Assembly: GCA_963788655.1 (NCBI GenBank) | Contig: CAWBHS010000038.1 | Location: 96,001 to 160,000, forward strand | Direction of reading: 5' to 3' | Length of the DNA: 64,000 nt | From: an uncultured Verrucomicrobiae bacterium | GTDB taxonomy: Bacteria; Verrucomicrobiota; Verrucomicrobiia; Limisphaerales; JAFGQR01 | Shown: positions 10,978 to 21,593 of the stretch, in pieces | How positions within the stretch are numbered: the stretch's first letter is position 1 | Layout: each line of letters opens with the position of its first letter | Position numbers and translations under genes: made by a program | The notes under the pieces: generated by a model | Told to the model about the DNA's origin: nothing | The model's input: the letters and a program-made list of their open reading frames with translations, nothing else | Database searches by the model: none

Positions 10978-11568
10978 TTTGATCGTTTGTTTTGAGTTTT
11001 TGTTTAGTGCCGAGCTTCGTTTGCCCGGACTCGAACCTCCTGACCAACCTAGGAAAAGCAGGCGCGCCTACCGCACCCCCGTTCCAGGGCCACAGCGACG
11101 CGGCCCAGCCCGAAAAGCACGCCAGGACGCGCGAGTTGCTCGCGCGCCGAGGCAGACTTTCGGGCAAAAAATTGTGTCGCTGTGTTTTGGGAACGGGGTT
11201 CGAGTCCTTGCAACGCGAAAGACTCCGCCAAGAGCTTCATCTGCACTGGCTCCTGGCATCTGTAAAAAGAACAAGCCAAACAAGCCACCCTTTAGCCAAT
11301 TGCTCTCCTGGAAGCAATCCCAAATTGGGCTTGGCGATAGATTTCACTTTTGCTTCTTTGATTCTTAAGTCGACTGTCGTAGCTCGATTCACCAGCTTCA
11401 ACGCAGGCAAGTCTTCGAGCTTCGGAAATCGAAGATTACCCTTTGCCCGGGGTTTTGTTGGCGAAGGCGCTCAGGGTGAATCAGGGCTCGACGGAGTCAC
11501 GCCCTACCGGGATGGGGTTGCGGCGGCGGCTGAGCCGTTGACTTTGCGCTTAGACGGCACCGTTTAGA

Positions 11569-12756
11569 TTAAAACGTGCGCTGGTAGATCTCGGCAAAGT
11601 CTTGCGCCGTGATCGGGCGGGGATTGAATTGCGCGGTCCACTGCCGGGCTGCTTCTTCGGCCAGCTTGGGGATGGCGGATTCTTCGACGCCGCATTCAGC
11701 CAGCGAGGCAGGCAATTCGGCGCGCTCCCGAAACTGTGTGAGCCACCGAACCAGGGCTTCGATCGTGTCGGCAGGAGCATGCCCTGCGGGAACCAGTCCC
11801 GCGGTGGCAGCCATCTCAGCGTAAGCTTGCTGCACCGGCGGGTGATGGGCATTGAACCGTACCACTTCCGGCAACATCATTCCCACGGCTTGGCCATGGA
11901 CGATGCCATAATGGGCGGTGAGTGGATTGGCGGCCGCGTGCGCCGCGCCCAGCATGCTGTGTTCAATCGCCAAGCCGGCGAAGGCGGCGCCCAACTGCAT
12001 CTCGGCGCGCGCAGCCAAATTGTCCGGCTGACTGATCACCGGCAAGAAACCGCCGGCAAGCAGTGTGAACGCCTGGTGCGAATACATGAGTGAAAACGGA
12101 TTCCGTTTTCGTGTGACGGTGCTTTCCACCGCGTGGGCAATTGCGTCCAAACCCGTGACGGCAGTTACCCGCGCCGGTTGGGAGAGGGTGAGTTCCGGAT
12201 CCAGCACCGCCACCCGCGGGGCCGCTTGGGGATCGAGACACGCCATTTTTTGATGGGTGGCGTCATCCGTAATCAGCGCCGCCGATTGACATTCGCTCCC
12301 CGTGCCGGCAGTCGTGGGAATGGCGATCAGGGGCCGCAATGGTTTGACGGCTTTGCCGATCCCCCAATAGTCCTGCATCCGGCCGCCGTTGGTGAGTAGT
12401 AAATTGCAGCCTTTGGCCGTGTCCATCGCGCTCCCGCCACCCAATCCAATGAACGTGTCCACTTGCTCGGTCCGGGCGATTGCCAGGCATTGCTCGACAC
12501 AGTGGGTGGTCGGATTTTCCTGGACCTTGGCAAAGACGGATACGGTCAAGCCTGCCGCGCGCAAGATGGCTTCGACGCGTGGGCCGTGGCCGGCAGTCAT
12601 GAGACCGGGATCGGTGACGAGGAGTACCCGCTTGGCGCCCAGTTCACGGGCCAGTTCACCGACGCGCTCGGTGGTCTGCCGGCCGAAAATCAGCCGCGTG
12701 TGCGCGTGGCTTTCAAACGGCGTGAGTTGGACGGTTTGGCGATCCATTAGCAGCAA
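11569..12756 (-). CDS. Iron-containing alcohol dehydrogenase
   Basis: GLGGGSAMDTAKG, IPTTAGTGSE, GLDAIAHAVES, AHAAANPL...HG metal ligands. Confidence 0.93.
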   Translation of the reverse strand: MLLMDRQTVQLTPFESHAHTRLIFGRQTTERVGELARELGAKRVLLVTDPGLMTAGHGPRVEAILRAAGLTVSVFAKVQENPTTHCVEQCLAIARTEQVDTFIGLGGGSAMDTAKGCNLLLTNGGRMQDYWGIGKAVKPLRPLIAIPTTAGTGSECQSAALITDDATHQKMACLDPQAAPRVAVLDPELTLSQPARVTAVTGLDAIAHAVESTVTRKRNPFSLMYSHQAFTLLAGGFLPVISQPDNLAARAEMQLGAAFAGLAIEHSMLGAAHAAANPLTAHYGIVHGQAVGMMLPEVVRFNAHHPPVQQAYAEMAATAGLVPAGHAPADTIEALVRWLTQFRERAELPASLAECGVEESAIPKLAEEAARQWTAQFNPRPITAQDFAEIYQRTF

Positions 12757-12766
12757 GAGCGGATGG

Positions 12767-12997
12767 TTATTGACTATCCATCATGGTGATCGCCGTGATC
12801 TCATTAAGGTTGATGCTGAAGACTCCTTTTTGTCCCTGCTGCCCGGCGGGATTGTGAATCACATAAGTGCGGTGGGCTTTGATGCCGATGTCCAGGAATT
12901 GCAGGTAATCTTTGAGCAATTGGTCATCCTCCAAACCCACGTCAATGTAGCCGGTGCTGTTGTGCAGGTGTTTGATGTAAATGGTGTAATAGACCAT
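12767..12997 (-). CDS. Small hypothetical protein (76 aa)
   Basis: Co-oriented ORF filling the gap between the ligase-like gene and the ADH, with protein-like composition. Confidence 0.65.
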   Translation of the reverse strand: MVYYTIYIKHLHNSTGYIDVGLEDDQLLKDYLQFLDIGIKAHRTYVIHNPAGQQGQKGVFSINLNEITAITMMDSQ

Positions 12998-13090
12998 ACG
13001 TGCCGCCCGTTGCTGCGTTAATATTCCTTTTCTCTACGGCACCGGCCCGGACTTTACAATACTGAAACCGGCTCGAATCAGTTTAGCGCA

Positions 13091-14179
13091 TCAATAGACT
13101 CCCTCGACGATCTTGTTTTCCATTGCGCCAAACGGCCTGACCTCCGCCACGCCGTCCCAGGCATACGGGGTGCGCGGCGGACGGCGAATGGCTTCGTCCC
13201 GTTCAAGGAATCGCGGCATGAAGAACTCGCGGGTCAGGGTGGTCAATTCCACCCGGCCCCATTCACCGTAAGACTTAAGTTGCGTGGGATCGTCCGGCGC
13301 CACCACGCGCAACACTGCCCGCGGTTGGGGCGCGTAATAGGAGATCGAAAACTTGTCCGCCGGTTGCAAGGGCACGCTGGCCGCCAAGCCCATCAGCGTG
13401 TTACCGTAGGTCGGGTAAAAACCAATACGGTTTTCGAGGACTTCTTCGATCAGGAAACGGGCGTATTGTGGCGCCATCGTGGTGCCGCCACAAAACACTC
13501 CGCGCAAGCCGGCCTCCCAAAGGTCGGTCTTTTCCGCCAGGGCTTCGAGCAGTTTGGGGGTGGTAAACAGGCCGCTCACTTGGCGGTGCTTCAGGATAAT
13601 GACGGCCTGTTCGATCACGTGCTCCATGTACTCGCGGGCGACGTTGAGCTTTTTCGCCGCGAGCATTTTCTTCACCCAGCGCGGATCCAGATCGACAAAA
13701 TAGCAGGAGCAACCGCGGAAATTGGCGAGATGTTCGATGGCCAACCGTAGCCGCCGCGGGCCGGTGGGACCAACCATCAGCCAGTAGTGGTTGCGTGGGA
13801 AATGGTCATCAGAAAGCTTGGTGGAGAATTCTTCGTAATCGACCTGGTAGTCATTCCACCCAATGCGTTGTTTAGGCATGCCAGTGGTGCCGCCGGTTTC
13901 GAAGACATTGAACGGTTTACCCTTGAACGCCGCCGGCACCCAAACTTCCGGCTGCAAATCCCGCAGCCATTCATCCTGGAAATTGGGAAACCGGGCGAGG
14001 AGATCGGCCAACGATTGCACTTCACGCCGCGGATCCCAACCGGCCTTCTTTGCCCAATCGAGCCAAAAGGGCGTTCCGGTTTCGGAGGAGAAATGCCATT
14101 GGACGATCTCGCGCACGTGCGCGTCGAGTTGCTTCTGCGCGGACTCAACTGCGGCGGTGGTGACAGTTTCCTGTGTCAT
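13091..14179 (-). CDS. EhpF-like / phenylacetate-CoA-ligase-like adenylate-forming enzyme (ANL superfamily, lacking small C-terminal domain)
   Basis: WHFSSETGTPFWL, P-loop-like FETGGTTGMPK, PTYGNTL, GRVELTTL...FLERD; 362 aa. Confidence 0.7.
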   Translation of the reverse strand: MTQETVTTAAVESAQKQLDAHVREIVQWHFSSETGTPFWLDWAKKAGWDPRREVQSLADLLARFPNFQDEWLRDLQPEVWVPAAFKGKPFNVFETGGTTGMPKQRIGWNDYQVDYEEFSTKLSDDHFPRNHYWLMVGPTGPRRLRLAIEHLANFRGCSCYFVDLDPRWVKKMLAAKKLNVAREYMEHVIEQAVIILKHRQVSGLFTTPKLLEALAEKTDLWEAGLRGVFCGGTTMAPQYARFLIEEVLENRIGFYPTYGNTLMGLAASVPLQPADKFSISYYAPQPRAVLRVVAPDDPTQLKSYGEWGRVELTTLTREFFMPRFLERDEAIRRPPRTPYAWDGVAEVRPFGAMENKIVEGVY

Positions 14180-14212
14180 ACTTGATCAAGTTTCGAAACT
14201 ACCATCTGCTTA

Positions 14213-14396
14213 GAGCGCCGACATTCTTGTCGGCCTGGACGTTGGTGCGCTATTCGAGCCGACAAGAATGTCGGCGCTCCGTAGGACAGGCGTCTCGCCT
14301 GTCCCGAGCTTTCCAAGAGCGCCCATCCTGGTCTGCAACTCCCAATAGCTGACGGACGACTTCGGCCGTTCGGGACAGCCGAGACGGCTGTCCTAC
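14213..14396. repeat. Two tandem REP-like inverted-repeat pairs (BIME-like)
   Basis: Perfect 22-bp IR GAGCGCCGACATTCTTGTCGGC (14213-14234/14258-14279); GTAGGACAGGCGTCTCGCCTGTCCCGA (14281-14307) with near-inverse at 14370-14396. Confidence 0.85.
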
Positions 14397-14447
14397 TGTA
14401 TTGCTTCCGTAGCTTTGGACGCACAGCGCACCTGGGGCGACTATTGG

Positions 14448-16037
14448 TTACGGTCGGGGCGGATTGATTTTTACCTGGGGCACCGCATCCGCCATCGGCC
14501 GATTGGCGTCGTAGAACGTAAACAAATGGGTTTGCGAACCAACGAACAGGTTGCCATTGGCAACCACCGGGGTGGAATACACCGACGCGTCCAAGTTCAC
14601 TTCGCTGAGAACCTTCAACACCTTGTCGGCAGCCAACACCGTGAAATCCCCATCTTCATCGCCGAAATAGACTTTACCGTCGGCCACCAGCGTCGAGCCC
14701 CAAATGTGCGCCTTCGCGTCGTAGGTCCAAAACACCTTGCCGGTCTCGGCGTCGAGACAATGGACGAAGCCCGAGAAATCGCCCACAAACAACAAGCCCG
14801 TATTCGGATCGATGGACACGGTGGACATGGAGCGATGAATACCCCGGTAATCCCAGATCAGGCCGGTCTTCGTAATGTCCCCGGTTTTGGTGGCATCGAC
14901 GCACACCAATCGCCCGATGCCCTCGCCATGTTCCGGGTCCTGGCCAATGGCCACATACACGCGGTTCTTGTAAAACACCGGCGTGGCATTGATTTCACTC
15001 GGGCCTTCGGCATCCGGGTATTTGATCGGTTTGCCGTCGCGCATTTTATATTCCGGCGGATTGCAGTCGAACCACCACGCTTTCTTCAGATAATTCACGT
15101 CGTCTTCCTTGACCGGTTGCGGATCGAACGCGTACAGCACGCCGTCGCCCGCGCCAAAGAAAACCAGCGGTTGGCCATTGACGGTGCCGGTCGAGGGCGA
15201 ACTCCATTGACCGTGAAAAATGCGCGGGCCGATATGGGCCTCATCCTCGCCCACCAGTTCGCCGGTCTGCTTGTTGAGCGCGACGAAACTCGGAGCCAGC
15301 GGCGCGGGGATGTTGGAGTGTGTCCAGTCCTGGCCGTTCGAAGTGCAAGTGAAGACGGTGTCGCCCACAATGAGGACCGAGCAATTCGACGCGTTGTGCG
15401 GGAACACCCCGAGGTCGTCCATCATGTCATAGACCCAAATAATGTCGGCGTCCTTGGAACCCGGTTCGATGGGCGGCTTACCGGGGCCGACGTAATATTG
15501 GCCTTCATTTTTGTACGGGCCGTCGTTGCCGTTGGCAAAGCCATGCACATCCAGGCACATCACTTCGCACCGGCTGGTCACGAGATAAACCCGATCGCCC
15601 TCGATGGTCGGCGAAGAGAGCAGGCCGAGAAATTCCCAATCGTTTACGCGACCGGAAGCCAGCTTGGGCACAACCAACTGCCAGAGCAATTCGCCGGTCT
15701 GCTCATCCAGGCACAGCAAAATGCTGCGGTCGCCGGTCTGCCGGGAATCGCGCGGGAATTCGTTGTTGGTCCCGACATACACCCGGCCATTGGCCACCGT
15801 GGTGTTGCCGTAAGCCTGACTGCCGAGTTTGGCCACCCATTTGGTGTTCTTGGCCGATTTGAGATCGTACTGCTCGGTGCTGGAATTCATTTTGCCCGGG
15901 TCAAACGTGCTGGGCAACCCGTGGGCCGGCGCATACATGTTGCGGTGAGATGTTCGCCCCCATTGGGGCCAATCCTGGGCCCCGGCCGCCAGGGTCGAGA
16001 GTATTACCGCGCTGCAAATAAAACTAAGCTTTTTCAT
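14448..16037 (-). CDS. PQQ-binding-like (BamB-like) beta-propeller protein, exported
   Basis: Signal peptide then QDWPQWG; repeated CLDEQTGELLW / CLDAETGKVFW blades. Confidence 0.88.
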   Translation of the reverse strand: MKKLSFICSAVILSTLAAGAQDWPQWGRTSHRNMYAPAHGLPSTFDPGKMNSSTEQYDLKSAKNTKWVAKLGSQAYGNTTVANGRVYVGTNNEFPRDSRQTGDRSILLCLDEQTGELLWQLVVPKLASGRVNDWEFLGLLSSPTIEGDRVYLVTSRCEVMCLDVHGFANGNDGPYKNEGQYYVGPGKPPIEPGSKDADIIWVYDMMDDLGVFPHNASNCSVLIVGDTVFTCTSNGQDWTHSNIPAPLAPSFVALNKQTGELVGEDEAHIGPRIFHGQWSSPSTGTVNGQPLVFFGAGDGVLYAFDPQPVKEDDVNYLKKAWWFDCNPPEYKMRDGKPIKYPDAEGPSEINATPVFYKNRVYVAIGQDPEHGEGIGRLVCVDATKTGDITKTGLIWDYRGIHRSMSTVSIDPNTGLLFVGDFSGFVHCLDAETGKVFWTYDAKAHIWGSTLVADGKVYFGDEDGDFTVLAADKVLKVLSEVNLDASVYSTPVVANGNLFVGSQTHLFTFYDANRPMADAVPQVKINPPRP

Positions 16038-16083
16038 AACGTTTCAGAGAGTAACTGTAGCGTCGCGAGTGACGATTTCGAAA

Positions 16084-18438
16084 TCAATTCGGAGTAACGA
16101 TGATATTGTCGATGTAAACCGGCATGTCCTGCGGCGAAAAACCGAACAGGCCAGGCGAGCCGTGGCGGTGTGCCGTCCGATGGGGCACCTCGAGGCTCCA
16201 GGCCGTCGGTTCCGGTTCGTCGCGCGGCCAGGCTTTGGCCCGCACCACCCCGGAACCATCGGCCGCCACGTCCACGCGTGCTTTCAACCGATACCAAACG
16301 TCGGGTTTCCAGCGGAAATTCGGCGGATCGGTTTTGGCCGGCACGCGCAGGCGCTCGAGGTTGGAATTAATCTCGAGCTTCTGGTCGTTACCTTTGAGCA
16401 CAATGTAATAGCGCTGGTTGATCAGGCCCACCTCGGACATTTTGCGGCGGTTGCCGTCGCTCATTACGTCCGCCTGGATGGTGTAATCGTGCATGTCAGG
16501 CGTGCCAATAAAGACGGTGGCGCGTTGGAAAAACTTGTTGGCAATCGTCTTGGCCAGCACCTTCGAGCCGTCCCGTTCGCGCACGTCGAACTTGAACCGT
16601 GCGCCGATCCACGGCAACGGCGGATACGCAAAAGCCGTCGTCGCGCCGGCACCATTGGTCGCTGTTTGCGTCAGTTCGAATTCCTCAAAATCTTCGTGCA
16701 GCGGCGGGCTGGGTAAAATGCGTCCGCGAATGTGCCCTTTGAGCCCATCCAGGGTTGCTTCAAACGCGCCAGCCGAAGGCACGGATTCTGGGGCGGCGAC
16801 GAGTTGGCCGGCGGCATTGAAATCACCCTTTAGCAACGAATGCACCTTGGCCGTAGGGGGAATGAAATGGGTCCATTTTACAGCGCTCAGGTCGCTGACT
16901 TCTGCAACGGTGAAGCCACGGGCGTCCAATTTGCGGACCCGAAACGAAGCCGTCTCTCCGGGCTTTAATGCGACTTCCGAAGGGATGATCTGGAGTTGCG
17001 TCGCTGGTCCGGGGGCGGGCCGTGTTTCCGTTTCGAGCGGCGGGGGCAGACCGGGATTGTTGCCGGGTTTGCCGAAGCAATAGAGCTTGCGCGTCGTTTG
17101 CACATACACCTTGCCGTTGTAAGCCGTCGGGGATCCAAAGCAGCGGCCCTCCAGTTGAATGTGGCAAAGGATTTGCCCGGCTTTGTCGGTCGGCTTGATG
17201 ATGTAGAAGGCACCCGTGGTCCCCGCTTCGTTGTCGCCGCCGCCTTTGCCGGAAGGATCATCCAACAGCGGCACATACAGTTTGCCATCGGCGTAGAGCG
17301 GGCAGGCGTTGCGTTGCTCGATGCCCAGTTTGAGCTTCCAGAGGATCTTGCCGGTGTTCGCATCGACGGAGCACAGGTCCCCCTTTTCCGCCACCACATA
17401 AATCCGGTCGCCCACCAAAATCGGCGAACTGACCGCGGTGGAAATGTCGTTCTTCCAAAGCTTCACCTGTTCGACCGGAATCACGACCGGGTCGGCAGAA
17501 GGTTGGTCGGGGGCCACGTCTTTGATTCGGACCGCCATCATTTCGCCGGGTTCGTACGGCGTGCCGAACACGGCGATGGCTTTGTCGTCGTTGTGGATCA
17601 ACACCGACGCGTTGATGCCGGCATGGAAGACGGGTACCCGCCACAGCGGTTGGCCGGTGCGGGCGTTGACGCACACGATGCTGCCGTCGCCGATGGTGCA
17701 GTAAAAGACCCGCCGCCCGCCCAGCCAGCCGAGCTGCGGATAGGAATACGAACTATCGTGCGGGCGCGCGCCTGGGCCGGAAGCCCAGACCAACTCGCCG
17801 GTGCGTTTGTCAAAGGCATAGAAGCGATCCTCACCGGGTCCTTGCGCGCCCCAATTGGCGGTGATGCCGTGGGTGAACACGAGGTCCCCGTCCACCACTG
17901 GCGTGGCGGTCCGGCCATTGGGGAAGGTCAGGCGCCCGTAGCTTTCCATCAGGGAGCGATGCCACAAATGATTACCCTCGGCGGTGAAGGCGGCCAGGAT
18001 GCCCTGCGTGCCTTGCACATAGACGTTGCCGGTTTCAGGATCAATCGCGGGACTCGCCGTCGCGTAACGATTGTAAATGATGTCGCTGAGAAAATCGTTG
18101 AAGAGATGCTGCCAGAGCTTGCGCCCCGTTTCCGCGTCGAAACAGACGACGCCTTCCTGCAAATTGGCGCCTTCGCCCAGGTACCCCATGATGTAGAGCT
18201 TGCCGTTGGCGATGACCGGCGTCGAAGCGCCGGGCAGATTGGCCACCCACAGCGCCTGGTTCGTGGCGACGGTGTCCGGCAGACCGGTTTCGTAAGACAC
18301 GCCCGTATGATGTGGGCCGCGCCAGGAGAGCCAGCCGTGGACCGCAGCCGGCGCTGTGGGAACCACTGCCGTCACAGCCATCACGATTAACCAGTCGCTA
18401 AGGAACTTACGGACTTGGAGCAATTTGTTCATGCGCAC
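16084..18438 (-). CDS. PQQ-binding-like beta-propeller protein with extra C-terminal beta-rich domains, exported
   Basis: Signal then WLSWRGP; blades FDAETGRKLW, FDKRTGELVW, VDANTGKILW; ~300-aa C-terminal extension. Confidence 0.88.
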   Translation of the reverse strand: MRMNKLLQVRKFLSDWLIVMAVTAVVPTAPAAVHGWLSWRGPHHTGVSYETGLPDTVATNQALWVANLPGASTPVIANGKLYIMGYLGEGANLQEGVVCFDAETGRKLWQHLFNDFLSDIIYNRYATASPAIDPETGNVYVQGTQGILAAFTAEGNHLWHRSLMESYGRLTFPNGRTATPVVDGDLVFTHGITANWGAQGPGEDRFYAFDKRTGELVWASGPGARPHDSSYSYPQLGWLGGRRVFYCTIGDGSIVCVNARTGQPLWRVPVFHAGINASVLIHNDDKAIAVFGTPYEPGEMMAVRIKDVAPDQPSADPVVIPVEQVKLWKNDISTAVSSPILVGDRIYVVAEKGDLCSVDANTGKILWKLKLGIEQRNACPLYADGKLYVPLLDDPSGKGGGDNEAGTTGAFYIIKPTDKAGQILCHIQLEGRCFGSPTAYNGKVYVQTTRKLYCFGKPGNNPGLPPPLETETRPAPGPATQLQIIPSEVALKPGETASFRVRKLDARGFTVAEVSDLSAVKWTHFIPPTAKVHSLLKGDFNAAGQLVAAPESVPSAGAFEATLDGLKGHIRGRILPSPPLHEDFEEFELTQTATNGAGATTAFAYPPLPWIGARFKFDVRERDGSKVLAKTIANKFFQRATVFIGTPDMHDYTIQADVMSDGNRRKMSEVGLINQRYYIVLKGNDQKLEINSNLERLRVPAKTDPPNFRWKPDVWYRLKARVDVAADGSGVVRAKAWPRDEPEPTAWSLEVPHRTAHRHGSPGLFGFSPQDMPVYIDNIIVTPN

Positions 18439-18542
18439 ATTCGATTCTCAGAATTCAAGATTTTCCGGCTTGCCCTCCGGCCTGGGACCGCGCGGTCAGG
18501 CCGACGTACAAACCGCGCGGCACCGTTCGAGGCCATCCGCGC

Positions 18543-18571
18543 TTGCAACAATTAATACTTATACGTATAAT
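18543..18571 (+). promoter_or_regulatory. Sigma-70 promoter of the MarR gene with overlapping palindromic operator
   Basis: TTGCAA (18543-48), 17 bp spacer, TATAAT (18566-71); perfect palindrome TTATACGTATAA at 18559-18570. Confidence 0.7.
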
Positions 18572-18599
18572 TCGCAAGGGACATTCAAAAATTTTCGCG

Positions 18600-19106
18600 A
18601 TGAACCGGTTAAATCAACCAAATGGCGGGGTAACGGTCCCTGGACCGGAGTTGCGGCCGTTGCCGCTCTTGCTGCGGCGTGCCTGGTACGGTCTGAACCA
18701 AGCCTTTCGCCGCCGGATTGCGCATTTGGGGCTGACGCCCGATCAATACACCGTGTTGCGAACGTTGAACGAAAATCCCGGCCTGACGCAGCGGAAAATG
18801 ACCCAGGACATGGCCAGCGACCCGAATACGGTGGCCTCGTTGGTGCGGCGGATGGAACAGGCCGGCTTGCTGGAACGCCGGTCCCACCCAAGCGATGGCC
18901 GGGCGCAACAACTGTTTTTGCGCCCGGCCGGACGCCTGAAACTCAACCAAGCCCGTCGATTTGCCCTCACGCTCCAACAGGATATCCTGGAAGCGCTGCC
19001 CGCCGCGCAACGTGGGGATTTTCTGGGTCAGTTGGCGCGGGTTTCCGCCGAATGCCGGCAGGCGGCGGAACGCGAATCGGGCCGCGAACCGGATGAGAGC
19101 TTGTAA
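18600..19106 (+). CDS. MarR-family transcriptional regulator
   Basis: GLTPDQYTVL...GLTQRKM...VRRMEQAGLLERRSHPSDGRA winged-helix signature. Confidence 0.92.
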   Translation: MNRLNQPNGGVTVPGPELRPLPLLLRRAWYGLNQAFRRRIAHLGLTPDQYTVLRTLNENPGLTQRKMTQDMASDPNTVASLVRRMEQAGLLERRSHPSDGRAQQLFLRPAGRLKLNQARRFALTLQQDILEALPAAQRGDFLGQLARVSAECRQAAERESGREPDESL

Positions 19107-19177
19107 GCTGCCGCAACTCCCTTAATGTTGTGGAAAAAGTGGTCTGATAAACAAGAACCAAGACACCGAAACTGGTT

Positions 19178-21376
19178 ATGATTTTGAAGCAAACCGAAGT
19201 CGAAAGCCTGGTCAAGGCGAAGCATCGCAATCCGCACGAACTTCTGGGCGCGCACACCCTGACCGACGGATCGGGATTGGTGGTGCGTGCGCTCGTCCGC
19301 GAGGCCGCCCGCGTGGAAATCGTTCCTACGCACGAGAAATCCAAACCACGCATCGTGCTCGAACAGGTCCACGAGGACGGTTTGTTCGAAGGCACCACCC
19401 GGGAAACCAAAGACATTTATGCGTATGATCTGGTGATCACTGACCAAAAGGGCCAGGTGCGTCGCACGCGCGATCCCTATTCCTTTTTGCCCACCCTCGG
19501 GGAGACGGACTTGTATCTGTTCGGCCAGGGAAATGAACGGCGCATCTATGAAAAGCTCGGTTCCCAGGTGCGGGTCATTGACGGAGTGCCGGGTGTCAGT
19601 TTTGCGGTTTGGGCGCCCAACGCGCAGCGGGTGAGTGTGGTTGGCGGTTTCAACGGTTGGGACGGACGTTACCACCCGATGCGGTCGTTGGGATCGTCCG
19701 GCGTTTGGGAATTATTCATTCCCGGTCTGGGCGAAGGCACGCTTTACAAATATGAAGTGAAGAACATTTACGGCGATCCGGTGCTGAAAACCGATCCGTA
19801 TGGGTTCTTTTTCGAACCCGCCCCCAAGAACGCCTCGATTGTGTGGGACAACCGCAAGTTCGCCTGGACCGACGAGGCGTGGCTGAAACGCCGGCACGAA
19901 TGGAACCCGTTGCGCGCGCCGGTCAGCGTCTATGAAGTTCACCTGGGCTCGTGGCGCAAGAAGGCGGCTTCGGAGTCGTTCTCCTATCGCGAAATGGCCA
20001 CGCCGTTGATTGATTACGTGCTGCGGATGGGCTTCACCCACGTCGAGTTGCTGCCGGTGAGCGAACATGCCTATTACCCCTCATGGGGCTACCAGGTCAC
20101 CGGTTTCTATTCGCCCACCAGCCGGTATGGCACGCCGGACGATTTTCAATACCTGATCAATGCGCTGCACGAGGCGGGCATTGGCGTGATCATCGATTGG
20201 GTGCCGGCGCATTTCCCGCGCGACGAATGGGCGCTGGCGCGCTTTGACGGCACCGCGTTATACGAGCACGAAGACCCGCGACGAGGCGCTCACCAGGATT
20301 GGGGCACCTTGATTTTCAATTATGGCCGGCACGAGGTGCGAAATTTCATCACGTCCAATTCATTGTTCTGGTGCGACCGGTTCCACGTGGACGGGTCTGC
20401 GCGTCGATGCGGTGGCTTCGATGCTGTATCTCGACTACTCGCGCCGGGAAGGCGAATGGCTTCCCAACCAGTATGGCGGCCGGGAAAACCTCGAGGCCAT
20501 CGCGTTTCTGCGCGAGTTCAATCACCTGGTCCACACCGAGCATCCCGGCGTGATCACCGTGGCCGAAGAATCCACTGCCTGGCCGCTGGTCACCCGGCCG
20601 CCGTATCTGGGCGGATTGGGATTCTCGTTCAAATGGAACATGGGTTGGATGCACGACACCCTGGGCTATTTCGGGCGGGATCCGGTCTTTCGCAAGTATC
20701 ACCAGAACGATCTCACCTTCGCGATGTTGTATCATCACAACGAGAACTTTCTCCTGCCGCTGTCGCACGACGAAGTCGTTCACGGCAAAGGCTCGCTCAT
20801 TGGCCGGATGCCGGGCGACGATTGGCAAAGCTTTGCCAACTTGCGGGTTCTGTTGGGATACCAGTGGCTTTTCCCGGGCAAAGTGCTGCTCTTCATGGGG
20901 TGTGAAATCGGGCAGCGCTCCGAATGGAGCGCCAACAGCGAAGTGACCTGGGAATCACTGGATCAAGGCCCGTATCATTTGGGAACGCAACGGTTCGTGG
21001 AAGATCTCAATCGACTGTACCGTAACGAATCCGCTTTGTGGGAGAGCGATTACGACCTGGAAGGCTTCACTTGGGTGGACTGCTCCGACCAGGAAAACAG
21101 CGTAATGTCTTTCATGCGCCAGGACAGCTCGGGCAAGGAGCGTATCCTGGTCATTCTGAACCTCACGCCCGTTGCGCGCTATGACTACCGCATTGGTTTG
21201 TCCGCGTCCGGCTTCTGGGCCGAAGTACCAACAGCGACGCGGAGTACTACGGTGGCAGCAATGTGGGCAATCTCGGCGGTGTAAACACGGAAGACTACAA
21301 AGTCCACAACCAGCCGCATTCGGCCGCCTTCACTCTACCGCCGCTCAGCGTGGTTGCCTTCAAGTGGGAACCCTAA
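19178..21376 (+). CDS. glgB: 1,4-alpha-glucan branching enzyme (frameshifts near 20395 and 21228)
   Basis: [55 protein letters not shown]; last frame ends ...[13 protein letters not shown]. Confidence 0.95.
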
Positions 21377-21593
21377 CCGCCTGACCGCAACCGATTGCTC
21401 AATCCGGCTGCAAGGTGTGCCAAGCGCCGGCCTCCAGCCTGTGCTGCAACGGGTACGCGAGATGGTCCCGTTTGCGCGCAGTCATCGCTGCTCCCCAATG
21501 GAGATCGTCACCCAATTCGTGGGTGGTGCGGAGCGCAGCGTTCCCTCCAAAAAATATAGCTGCCGCGTGGGCTCGGTGCGCTATGCTGCGGCC

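Noticed and set aside
11020..11212. tRNA T-loop-like GGTTCGAGTCC motifs (- strand near 11025-11037, + strand near 11197-11207)
   Set aside because: No acceptor stem, D-arm or anticodon arm could be folded around either; not called tRNA or att site.
13091..14179. Calling the locus a phenazine biosynthesis cluster
   Set aside because: No phzA-G-like genes in the window; only an EhpF-like fold is suggested.
14213..14396. Possible CRISPR array
   Set aside because: The repeats are inverted pairs of different families, not direct repeats with spacers; no cas genes in the window.
14415..18390. Long + strand ORFs (560 aa, 464 aa) opposite the propeller genes
   Set aside because: Antisense shadows typical of high-GC coding DNA, with no motifs. 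The same applies to 26706..27953, 35577..36788, 56089..57696 and 61287..62465.
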